From Dimorphilus gyrociliatus (lineage: Eukaryota > Animalia > Annelida): a stretch of 64,000 nucleotides of DNA. The notes below the pieces were generated by a model. That model was not told the origin of the DNA. It searched no databases and saw only the letters and a list, made by a program, of their open reading frames with translations. Both the position numbers and the translations under genes were made by a program. Position 1 is the first letter of the stretch; every line of letters starts with the position of its first letter. The stretch covers positions 62,001-126,000 of the forward strand of contig CAJFCJ010000034.1 in the NCBI GenBank assembly GCA_904063045.1. Reading direction: 5' to 3'. Of this stretch, positions 51,576 through 62,732 are shown one piece after another.

Positions 51576-53840
51576 TCAGTAATATAGTTCACAAACATGA
51601 TAAGATAAATCCTTTATACGATCGTTCATATTGCAGCTGTTTAGTTTTAAAACCTTTAATTTAGTATTTAAACTTTTTAACAAAGTAATAAGACTGTTCA
51701 GTGCTTCTGGGCCGAAATCATTAAAACCTAAATCAAAGTTTTCCAAGTATTTAAAATTTATCATTTTTTTGCTTAATGCATCGACAGCCTTCGGTGTGAT
51801 AAAGCACTTGGCCAAGTTGAAATTTTTCAGGTAAACTGTTGATTCCTTTAGCGATTGACAGAATAGGTTTATTCCTTTTTCACCTAATTCATTATTTTCT
51901 AAATACAACTCCTCTAATTTGTTATTTGTAGCGAAATATTCACCAAGATATAATCCTCCTGTTTCCCTTAAACAGCTGTCTTTCAAATTGAGTATCTTTA
52001 ATTTTTTAGCAAATAAATGCTCCAAAATATATTTAAGCCCTGTATCCTCAATTTTATTCCATCCCAAGTATAATTCCTCCAAATCCTTTAGAAAGTGAAG
52101 CGATTTAGACAATTCAATAGAACCTTTAACTCCAAAATGACAACTGGAAATATTTAGAATTTTTAACCTATGGTTAGTCATTCTTAAAGAGAAGGCTAAC
52201 GACTTAATTCCGCTATCTTCAATCTTGTTTCGATTAATTTGTAGCTCTTCGAGGAAAATTGTTTTAAGTAACGCTTGAGATAAAAGTTTTGCTCCTTCAT
52301 CAGAGAAACCGCAATTGGTCAATTTTAAGATCATTAATTTAGTCTTATCAATGTAAAAATAGTCATGAAAAAATTGTAATCCAGTGTCTCCAATATCGTT
52401 CCAGCTAAGATCAATTTCATTAAGATATCTTAGATAGTTTAGTGCTTTTGACAAGTTTAACATTCCTTTAGAAGAAATATTGCATTTCCATAACTTAAGA
52501 CTTTTCAAATGATAATGATTTTTATTAATTGACGATGAAATTAAATTTAGGCCATAGTCTTCTATTTTATTCCATGAAAAGTCCAACATATTTAGACTAT
52601 TTAGTTCGACAAAACTCTCTACAAAATACTGCACTCCAAATTTCTCTATTTGACTAGAGCATATTTTGAAAATCTTTAATGTTGATCTGACGTCTAAAAG
52701 TGCTGGAGAAACCTTTTTCATACCTACTACACCTATGTTATTCCAACCTAAATTAAGCTCTTCTAGATGTGAAAAATGCTTAAGTATATCCTTAAAAGCA
52801 TCCATTGCTGCCTCTTCAAGAGCACAATCAGAAAAGTTTAAAACTCGAATAATATACGGTGATATAGAAAGGGAAGATGAAAGGTTTGTTAAACCACTAT
52901 TACCAAGTTCAATTTGACTGAGATCCAGACTTTCGAAATAAATAATTTCTAATAGAGTTTCTGCTAATTGATTGTAAGTAAAATCGGGATTATAATCAAC
53001 TTTCTTCGCCAAAATTCCATTTAGAACTGGGAAGAAATCCTTGTTTAACAGTTTCTCTTCAATTCTTATTAAGATAAGAACGACTAACGCAATCAGTGGA
53101 ATTGAACTTAGTCGAAGTGTTTTTGGTCGTTGCTTTTCTAAGAATTCTACAATAGAATAAGCTGCAGTTTCACTTACTAAACAAGTGTAGAGTTGACAAA
53201 TTTGACGTTTTTCCAATCCTTCAATTTGAACAATAACATCACAAAGAATATCAAGCTTTTGAAATTGTATTTCTCTACTCCAAATAAACATTGGAATATC
53301 TAATTTATTACTAAAAATAAGATTTTTAAAGTAGCTACTGCTAGAATAATCGAATCCATCGAATAGTAGAAATGTCTTAAATTCTTTACTTCTAAGAAGG
53401 AAATGCTTTATTGTTTCTTTTGGTATTCTATCGTATTCGTGGAAATTCTGATGTAAAATTACATCAAAAATATCTTGATTTTGTTTAGCATCTTTCAAAT
53501 CGACTAATAGAAAAAGGACATTAACTGGAGAGAAGTTTCTTTCATTATTAGCCCAAATTGAGAGTAATTTTTTGATTTGAAAAGATTTTCCAATTCCTCT
53601 TACACCTTTTATCAAAACTTTTTTAAAATCTTTTCCACATAGATCAAATAGAAAGGAAAATTCAACATTTGTTTCCTGTTTGTCATTGTTTGTCGTTACT
53701 AGATTCTTAATTATTCGATATTTTGGTAGAATATTTATATTTTCAGGTGAGAATATTAATTTTTCATTATGTAATGATAGATTTACTTGCCTAGGATGTC
53801 CCGAATGATATTTTTTCACTAAATTAACTAATTTATCCAT
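51576..53840 (-). CDS. NLR2: single-exon NACHT-LRR protein (754 aa) with no evident effector domain
   Basis: Walker A GVRGIGKS, Walker B LLFDGFD and IPL motif, followed by RI-like LRRs (LNLGWNNIG, LDLSWNDIG, LYLENNELG). Confidence 0.9.
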   Translation of the reverse strand: MDKLVNLVKKYHSGHPRQVNLSLHNEKLIFSPENINILPKYRIIKNLVTTNNDKQETNVEFSFLFDLCGKDFKKVLIKGVRGIGKSFQIKKLLSIWANNERNFSPVNVLFLLVDLKDAKQNQDIFDVILHQNFHEYDRIPKETIKHFLLRSKEFKTFLLFDGFDYSSSSYFKNLIFSNKLDIPMFIWSREIQFQKLDILCDVIVQIEGLEKRQICQLYTCLVSETAAYSIVEFLEKQRPKTLRLSSIPLIALVVLILIRIEEKLLNKDFFPVLNGILAKKVDYNPDFTYNQLAETLLEIIYFESLDLSQIELGNSGLTNLSSSLSISPYIIRVLNFSDCALEEAAMDAFKDILKHFSHLEELNLGWNNIGVVGMKKVSPALLDVRSTLKIFKICSSQIEKFGVQYFVESFVELNSLNMLDFSWNKIEDYGLNLISSSINKNHYHLKSLKLWKCNISSKGMLNLSKALNYLRYLNEIDLSWNDIGDTGLQFFHDYFYIDKTKLMILKLTNCGFSDEGAKLLSQALLKTIFLEELQINRNKIEDSGIKSLAFSLRMTNHRLKILNISSCHFGVKGSIELSKSLHFLKDLEELYLGWNKIEDTGLKYILEHLFAKKLKILNLKDSCLRETGGLYLGEYFATNNKLEELYLENNELGEKGINLFCQSLKESTVYLKNFNLAKCFITPKAVDALSKKMINFKYLENFDLGFNDFGPEALNSLITLLKSLNTKLKVLKLNSCNMNDRIKDLSYHVCELYY

Positions 53841-55047
53841 AATAGCCTTCTTTCTTTATAATTATTGTTTAATAATTATAAACAAACATTCGAATAATCA
53901 ATATTTGTATCTTATTAGATAAAATATTATTGGTTATAAAAGAAATGGAATATTAATCTTTACTATTCAATTTCCTTATTTGGCCTGTTTAAATTCTCTT
54001 TATCAAAGTTTACAACATATTATTTATCGATTTAACAGAATTGATACGTTAAAGTTCTCCTTTTGTTGATTATTTATTTCCTTCCTTCCCTTCTCTTCTC
54101 CTTTTCTTTTCTTTTCTCCCGTGGAAATAGGATAGAATGATAGCTTAAATTTTACCTTTAAAGCGCGATGTTTCGTTCTATTCTCCTGATAATCAAAGAT
54201 ATCTCTTCCTATTCTACCATCTCTTAGAACTGTATCGATTTTTCTAATCTCTATATTATGATTAACGACAATCGCTATCTTTAGATAGTTAATGTTGAAA
54301 GAAAGTAACCACAGACTAGGCCAAAATTTATTGAATTTAAGGTAAAATGATCAAAATATTGCCGAAATAAACTGGTATAAATGATAAAAAACGACAATAC
54401 AGTATTAATTAAATGTTTAAAAATAGATTTCCAACCAAATTTCTAGAGTTATATATAGAATTGAATAAAATCAATTAAACTATAATAAAATATACTATTA
54501 TTTAACATTTCTAATTCAACTATTCTGTCTCTTAATCATTCTGATTAAGTTGTATTTGTAATACTTCAGTTATAGATTTACGAAATAATTATTAGCTTAA
54601 TGGAAACTATTAGTCAGTTGTTTATTTTAATTGATCTACGAATAACAATCCCCATGCGGGGATTATCTATTATAGTAACAACATAACAATTGAAATGTTT
54701 AAATGGGGATTAAAACACAAAAATGATGCTTAAATAAATGGCAATGCTATGAAAGTTATTAATTGATATGGTAATTTAAATACAAAAATAGAGAATAAAT
54801 ACAAAGAAGATTGTCAACCAAGCAAATGAATCATTCAATTAAAAAAGCCTATATTTTAAAATATTCGAATAGTTAGACTTTGTATGTTTAATGTTATTTT
54901 CAATACTATATACAACTATTTTTTGTTGTATCAGTATCAAAAGTGCGTAAAACTAAGATTCGTAGATTTTGAGAATAATAAGCATTAGAAAAGCGGAAAG
55001 AAAATTGTTCATATTTGTATTTTTAACAATAAAAAAACGAAAACAAA

Positions 55048-55918
55048 ATGGTATCACTGTTTAGATTTTTTGTTAAAACTATTGTTCTTCCAAATGATGA
55101 TAGCTTTAATCCAAGCTGCTCTGCTCCCACTCCTCGAAATACCAATGTTACAATACGTTTTATGAAAGAAGATGATATAGATCATGTTCATAAATTAATA
55201 TATAAAGGCTTTTGTGAAAAATGGGAATTTGCTTACAATGAAAAAGCATATGAATACATTAAATTCTTTTCAGTAAATCGATACAAGGGTGAACACAGTA
55301 AAAGGAACGATGTTTTAGTTGCCGAATTCGATAACAAAGTTTTAGGAGTATGCCAAATATCTGTTTACAAACCGTAAGTCACAATAAGCAAAGACTTTAA
55401 TATATCTCTTTTTACAAGCAGAAATGAGAAATTCTTTACTTTACAATTGATAAAACACCTTTCAAACTTTCCATTATGGTCTATGATTACAACAATTACA
55501 TCTTCTGGAATGGTAACTTATCTGAAAAGACGTGATCCGGATGAAGCTTCTATTGAACTTGTAACTGTTGATGAAAAGGCAAGAGGATTAGGCATTGGTG
55601 ACCAGCTGTTAACTAAGGCACATGATGTATGCCGAGAAAGAAATATGAATGTTATTATTATTATTATCATTATTATTATTATATAAAAAAACTAATGATT
55701 GTTTTTATATATAGAAAGTTTCGCTTATAGTTGTGTTATCGAACGTTTATGCTAGAAGACTTTATGAACGTCATGGCTATCGCACTTTAAAAATTCATAT
55801 TACTTGGAAAATGTTTTTATGGGGAACAGAGGTATAGTTAAGTTATTTGAATCTAATCATCGCCTTATTTAAGAATACCTTGTAGGGTTGTTATAAAATG
55901 GAAAAGAAGCTTAATTAG
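55048..55918 (+). CDS. GNAT-family N-acetyltransferase (multi-exon)
   Basis: TIRFMKEDDIDHV, VLVAEFDNKVLGVCQ, acetyl-CoA motif VTVDEKARGLGIGDQLL, then NVYARRLYERHGY. Ends YKMEKKLN* at 55918. Confidence 0.85.
55651..55682. repeat. (ATT)n microsatellite in a GNAT intron
   Basis: ttattattattattatcattattattatta run directly after the splice donor. Confidence 0.85.
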
Positions 55919-56323
55919 TTGAAGGTCAAAACACAGATTTCAGAAGAAATAGAAGAAAATTTAATTATCTTTTTATGATCATAACATCAATTAAAAATAT
56001 GGAATGAATTATCATGGCCCTAAACGTCGGTAAGACAGACGGTAGGTATGCTTTCCAAAGAGACGAGCGCTCAAGTGTTGAATTGCTACTATAAAAATAA
56101 ACCGATTAATCATATATCAAAAAAAATTGGACGTTTAACTATTGATATGAAAGAGTAATTGTACTAATTCCCTTATGTTTGTTCCTATACTTCTCAAACG
56201 TATTTGCAGTAGGATATTTTATAAAATAATCGTTATCAGTATTCTATATAAATGTAGTTGATGGTAATAATGCTTACATAGCGGACTCCGTACCAGAAAT
56301 TACAGATCAAGGCATGACCTCTT

Positions 56324-56860
56324 TTGAAAAAAGAGCCAGGTACCATCCCTTTGTATATAAAAAAATATTTTATAATATCTGGAACTTATTCCCTACCCAG
56401 ACTCATGCCAACACCCAGTGCTATCCCCATATATGATGTCACATCAGACATTTCATACGAAACCGCCGTATATGCCATAAATGATAGCTATTATAATCTT
56501 CTAGCGTCCACCTCCCATATTATTTTCCTCTCGCTGAACATCAATCCCTCGAGTAGAATTGACAACAGCGTTACAAGCCGCAAATTTTATTGAACCCTAC
56601 AATAATATTTTCCCTAACACTCATATTAGAGTATTTATCGATAGTAAAATCGTCTTCAGCTATCTGGATAATAGGAAACTAAAACTATCAAATCATATAC
56701 GTCATGTAGTGAAATCACTAATGGCCACGGAATCAAAGTCTATATAAGATCCGAAAACATATCCGTTGCAAATGGGATCAAAAGGGTGTTGAAGAGATGC
56801 AAATTATGCCTTGCGAAGAACTAAACAAGAACAGTCCTGCGAATGGCTAATCTACCAAAC
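56324..56860 (+). mobile_element. Degraded BEL/Pao LTR-retrotransposon pol fragment (RNase H and integrase Zn-finger remnants)
   Basis: DVTSDISYETAVYA resembles HxFxDASxxAYxAxVY. After a frameshift come TSIPRVELTTALQAA (TIPRLEL motif) and RVFIDSKIVFSYL (WTDSxIVLxWI). Then IKRVLKRCKLC...MANLP (integrase CxxC...MxxLP). Stops and frameshifts are present and no LTRs were found. Confidence 0.75.
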
Positions 56861-57109
56861 TGGTGTACTGGGGAATTTGTCAGTCCACAGACGCCATCGA
56901 CTTATATCTATAAGAGATGGCAAGATTACTTTCAGATAATTAAAAGACGAACTCCAAAGAGATTTATTGTTAACAATCAGTGCAAATGATCAATTCTACT
57001 AAGGGGAAATTGAATATGTACCCCTAGTACATTGAGTAGTTGGCATAATCATATACGTTAATCATTCTATAGTTTTCCCTTAGCTAGGTTAGAACCACAA
57101 TGTTCCATT

Positions 57110-58559
57110 TCACTCTTCATAAGCAATGGAAAAAGGATTCGTCTTTTCCAAAGTATGCTCGTATTTTTCAATTCGAAAGTATTTTGCATATCTGGTTGTT
57201 GAAAAAATTAAAGACAGTTCTTTGGACACTAGGTGTCTTTGATTCGTCTGAATATTTGAATAGACGTTGTATTAATTGCATATTTGATTAATCAATCAAC
57301 TAACCTTGAAGTTGTTGTAGATATCAAACTTGAAATTATGTTCGTGTCCTTCAATATTACCACAATAAGTTACTAGCATTTTAGGGACGTTGTGTTTAGG
57401 TAGTTTGAAAAGTCTATAGGTTGCGGAAATGAATTTAGCATTGCCTGGAAGGAGATTTCAACGAGAGTGTAAACTTCAATCTGTTTCTATTCAGTATTTG
57501 AAATACTTTCAACTGACCGACTCGTGTTTGAATGTGCTTGTCTATCAAGCATATGGGACTCGCTTTATACAAAATTGGAGTAGTAAAGCCTATTCTCTTT
57601 GCCATTTCTAAAAGATCTTGCCAGTGTAAAGCGCCTGCTATACCTTCACCTAACAAGACATTTACAAGGCTAAAGGCTGAGTATGCTGAGAATATTAGAG
57701 TGCCGATGGAAAATGCTTACCCCAGAGGATGCTATCGTTTTTTATTTCGGCCGAAAGTTTCGAGTCCGTATACATGTCACTAAAATACAACTCTCCACCT
57801 TCCTGTGTATAGTATATTAACTCTGATTAGCTGTTACCTTGAAGTAGTCGTGTTAACTGTTCAAGTTGATCATGGTATCATTGCTAACCATGATTAGTTT
57901 ACCTTTAGAGCCGTAAAGGCTTGTGATAAAACAGCCTCTTTGTCTGGTGAAAGGTTTATCACGCAATTTGAGCTGATGGTTTGATAAATGAAAATATAAG
58001 TGACAACTAGAGAGTACAGTGTAGATGGACTGCTTACACAATGACATCGTAAGACTCTCGCTCTATTCCGGCTTTGTCTAATTGCTCGATAAATCCACTT
58101 TTGAATTCGACATTGGGCTTAGAATATCCGAATGTCTTTGTATGGCAGTCCACATTCTTCTTTGCAATATCCAACTGTGGATGTGTTTTTAGGGTTTTCA
58201 TTAATTTGTATTCAGTAGTCTGTTGATTTAAATCAAAAAAAGTGTATTACCAGTTCGGGAGTCATATCTATACCAGTAACACGTCCATTTGGACCAACCA
58301 ACTTGCTGAGACAAAAGCAATCTCTGCCAGCGCCGCAACCCAAATCTAGTACTGAACATCCCTCTAGCGCTGGCGGAAGAGTAATACCACAACCAAAGTA
58401 TCTTGAGTTGACTTCTTCGTTGATCAAAGAGAGTGCTTCCTTGACAGATTTTGTTAACGCATGTTTATCTGCCGTGCAAGCAGACGTTTTCAAATCACGG
58501 CTGCTTTCAATAACTTTTCCATAATAATCCTTAACATTATCCAAAATCCTTTTTGTCAT
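57110..58559 (-). CDS. AS3MT: Arsenite methyltransferase paralog B (divergent; Cys206-equivalent replaced by Gly; no C-terminal CC)
   Basis: MTKRILDNVKDYYGKV...LKTSAC, YFGCG, VLDLGCGAGRD, SNCVINLSPDK, GEGIAGALHW, SATYRLFK. Last exon ends NPFSIAYEE* at 57110. Confidence 0.9.
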
Positions 58560-59193
58560 ATTGAACGATGGATTCTTTTAGCGAAGCATAAACAAGGCGA
58601 CGGCTCAATAAGAGAATATTTGAAGCCTTAAATAGTCATTTCTTGCTAGATTTCTATTGGAGAGAACACAGAAAAGGGCATCGGACGGATGAACAGTTCA
58701 AGAAACGGGATAAGATATCAGCATTTTGCCTATTGTATATTCAAAAAGATTCTACTGGCCGCATTAATATTAACGTAAGCGTTGGCATTTATTTTTGCTT
58801 TGTCACCGAATGGTTGAAACATTGAAGGGTCGTTTCCTGCGAAATACGTAGCAGAGGTCGAATTGAACTTGTCTAGATAATCGCTATTCTAAATATTGAA
58901 ATTGATTTGTGAAAAAATTGAGAAAGCAGAACTTGAATGGGACAAAAAGAAATGAGAATTCGGTTAAAAGCTAATGGGAAAAATGAGAAAGCTAATAATA
59001 GTATTTTATCGCGTTTTATCGCAACTCACTTAGGCCTAAATCGGCAATAACTAGATTTTCTACAAGTATTTAAGGCAGCTGTTTTGCTGTTGAATTTTAT
59101 AGTTTGGCTTTAGTCTATAGACTGGAAAGCAGAAATTGGAAATATTTGAAAATTTGTCGAAATTTTCGTCGAGGCAAAAGAAGAGAAGAAAAA

Positions 59194-60766
59194 ATGTCGG
59201 AGGAAATTTATGAAAACGTCAAAGACTACTACGGAAACGTATTGCAGAAAAGCGACGATCTGCAAACAACCGCCTGCACAACAGGACAAGGAGAAGTGAT
59301 GACAAAATCTGTGAAGAAGGCTCTAAGCCAGGTGGCAGGAGCGGTTCACGAAAAATACTACGGTTGTGGTATAGTCATACCGCCTGCACTTGAAGGTTGT
59401 TCAGTTCTAGATTTGGGATGTGGAGCTGGTAGGGACTGCTTTTGTCTGAGTAAGTTGGTGGGACCAAATGGGTTTGTTACTGGTTTGGATATGACACAAG
59501 AGCAGGTAGCTTTCCCATTGCAATTTTGTTCCCAATTTGTTCACATTACTACAACCTTGACCCCTAATATGTTGACTAGTAGTTGTTTAGATAGATAAGC
59601 AATTGTACTAATAGATAAGATACAGTATAGTAAGCTGTATCCCGATTAGTTGGTCAGTTAAAATACACAATGTTTGTTGATTAGCTGGACGTGGCGGATG
59701 AAAACATAGATTATCATACGAGACAATTTGGCTATTCTAAACCAAATGTAGAATTTAAACGAGGATTTATAGAGAAATTGACTGATGCCGGAATTGAGGA
59801 AAATTCATATGACGTCATTGTGTAAGCGTTACTCTTTCGAAAGTTGAAATAAGACTTTGGCTGCAATAACTATGAAGTTGCTTACTTATTCAGATCAAAT
59901 TGCGTGTTGAACCTGTCGCCGGACAAACAAGCCGTTCTATGGCAGGCCTACAAAGTTCTAAAAGTAACAATCACTTTAAAATGTTTACACGGCGTTAATT
60001 GAGTGCAAAAATGATTTTCAGGAAGGAGGCGAGTTGTATTTTAGCGATGTCTATGCGGATCGTCGTTTGTCGGGTGATATTCTAAAGCATAAAACTTTAT
60101 GGGGTTTGTAAATGCGTTTATTAGAGAGAGTAATAGGCATTTGACTGATTGAATTGCTGTTTAGGCGAGTGTTTTGCGGGCGCACTGTATTGGCGTGACC
60201 TAATTGATATAGCGACAAGGGTGGGATTCAGCACTCCACTTTTAGTTAACGCCAGTGTCATTGACCTGAAGAATAAGGAGTTGCAGAGAGTTGTTGGTGA
60301 GTAAGCCCCTAAAATAGCGGTGTTGACAAGTAATGATTATTTTTGAAACGACTAGGTGACGCGAAATTCGTGTCTGCAACCTACAGACTTTTCAAAGTGG
60401 GAAGAGAGAAGGCGACGCCGCACACTTGCTATACCGTGTACAAAGGAGGAATAGAGGATTACGAAGAAGCTTTCAAGTTTGACTACTCAAACATTTTCAA
60501 GGTTATTTTATCTATCAATAAAATTAAACATTCCAAAAATAAACTCATTTTTCAACAAGTAGAGAAATGAAATTGTGCCAATTTCCGGTTTGGTCAGCGA
60601 GGCGTTGAAGGCGTCACGTTACTCGGGCTACTTTGATTTCAAAGACAATGGAGAAGACCTGGAGATAATCGACCCATTCGCAATTGTAGCCCAATCGTCA
60701 GCAAACTCTACCAGCAGTTCACCAAACAACGTTAACGACTGTTGCTTGAAAAACTGCCGCAATTGA
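59194..60766 (+). CDS. AS3MT: Arsenite methyltransferase, copy A' (duplicate of copy A)
   Basis: ORF translations are identical to those in 36288-37860. ATG at 59194. Confidence 0.95.
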
Positions 60767-60939
60767 GCCGTAGTGGACACTATTTTTCATAAATTACACA
60801 TGTTATCTTGAGTATTACTGAATAAATGAAACGAATATTCACACTGCTGGTGAATAAATAAAACCTTTGTTGACTTTCCTAAAAAGGAACTTAGCGCCAC
60901 CTGCTCGTTTTAAAAAATGCAAATAGCTTTCCCGAAATT

Positions 60940-60949
60940 GGAATTTCCC
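60940..60949 (-). promoter_or_regulatory. Candidate NF-kB/Rel site (single copy) upstream of GPI-type gene copy 2
   Basis: GGAATTTCCC on the + strand, which is GGGAAATTCC on the - strand. Confidence 0.5.
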
Positions 60950-61025
60950 CACATTCAAAACCATACTATTTACCAACCGTATAAAACGGGCAAATCGATA
61001 TGTTTTCGAATATTCACTCATCAGA

Positions 61026-61635
61026 ATGGAAGCGATGTACTTCTTGTTTGGACTACTTTGTGTGGGTAAGTTTGAAGCGAAAATACACTGCAAAACATAA
61101 CAGCTTCAGATTGATTTTATTGAAAAGTGTCGGCTCTTCCAAATGCGCTTGCTGACAAATGTTACGACGAAGGTGTAGACTGTGCCAAAGAAAAGAGGAA
61201 TGAGATATTGGATATTATCGCTACAGATCAATACGATATGGAAAAGATTTGTCCAATTGTAACTGAAGTAGAAAAGTGCTTTAAAGATGAGACTCCTTCT
61301 TGCTCGGCTGAAAAGAGGGAAGATGCTTTGAGCTATACGACCAAGTTTTGCAAAACAGGTTAGTTGACTTTGTTGGTTTCGTTTCCTTGTTCTATTAGAG
61401 ATTGATTGAAATTTCTACTTCGTTAGGCTGTAGAGACGAGTTGAAAAAGTGTAATGAAATAATTAAGAAGGACAGCTCGAAGCAATACTGCTGCGAATTA
61501 GGTGCCGTTAAGAAATGTGGCGCTTTCAACGACTTGGCCAAGGAGATTTTGTATGATAAAACTTGTGCAGGCTGCAGACTTGGCGTTGTTCCGTTTTTGA
61601 CATTGATGGCATTTGTATTTCAAAGGCTTTTATAA
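61026..61635 (+). CDS. Small Cys-rich GPI-type protein, copy 2
   Basis: Same 3-exon structure as 35358-35967, with 9 amino-acid differences. Confidence 0.75.
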
Positions 61636-61719
61636 CTTAAACAACTGTTGTAGTTGTCTATAGAAACTAGGATGCTTATTAAGAAATCGGCCATATTTGA
61701 TATCTTGTAAATGTATGAG

Positions 61720-62158
61720 TCACGTGACTGTTTTTGAATAAACCGTAGCAAATTCATTAATTTCTTTGCAGTTCAAATAATTATTTTGTTGGCAAATTTC
61801 GGTAAAATCCGACGGACCAATGCCGGAAATTTGAAATATCGTAGAACCCAGCACAAAGCAACTGGAGTTTTTGATCCATAGTTTGTCATTATAGCATTTT
61901 ATCCAAAAACCGTTGAGACTATGATTGTCCCGTCTCTGTTTTGTAAAAGTGGAGATACTGAGTTTTGACAGAAATACAATCTTTATAGTAGCGACTTACT
62001 TTTTCATTCAAATAACGTTGAATTTTCGCCATTTCATCACTTTTCCTTGAACTAACCGAGTTGATTATTCTTCGTATGTTTGAACTGTTGGAATGCGTAC
62101 TGCTGAACAAGCACAAAGAGAGAACTAGAGAAAGTACTATTGCGCAAGTCGAGCTCAT
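61720..62158 (-). CDS. Small secreted prepro-peptide-like protein, copy 2
   Basis: Inverted copy of 34835-35273. Confidence 0.65.
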
Positions 62159-62732
62159 TCTCTCGATGCTTTTTGAAGTAATAACGAAAATTCATGGCAA
62201 CTATTCCTTAAATAGCGAATTACCGCTTTAGCTTAATCTACGAATGTTGGTTAATTATAGAAATTAATCGGATTGATTGTGAACAATCCGGCTGTTAGTT
62301 GGGTACGGATTTAAGTGAATTTGCTGTGTCACACCAACATCTATGAAATGAAATTGTCTGCGCAATGTTGTCTCTGTCAATAGAAAGCAAGGTAAATCTG
62401 CAGTGCTGGGCCTAGTGCAGGGGTGTAGGGCAATGGTGAGCCGTATAAGCTCCCTGTTGTGGATAAACCGAGCTGGTTTGAAACTAGAGCAAGTGGAAAG
62501 TAATAATAGACTAGATGTGGTACAGCGGTGAAAGCTGATTAAAGTAATCCATATATGGTAAATTGTTTTTGTTGACTCTTGTCAAGGTGACTTTTATAAT
62601 TTGATGGGCGCGATGACGTTTTGTTGGCCGGTTTCACAGCCGACGAATTTAGTCTCAGCGTATCTTCACTGTGCACGGGGCTAGGATGAAGAGAACGAGC
62701 TGTGCTTTGTGATGATTGGCAGCGTGTATTGT

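Noticed and set aside
55048-60766. GNAT plus AS3MT genes as a bacterial ars operon or contamination
   Set aside because: All contain spliceosomal introns, lie on mixed strands and are embedded among metazoan genes.
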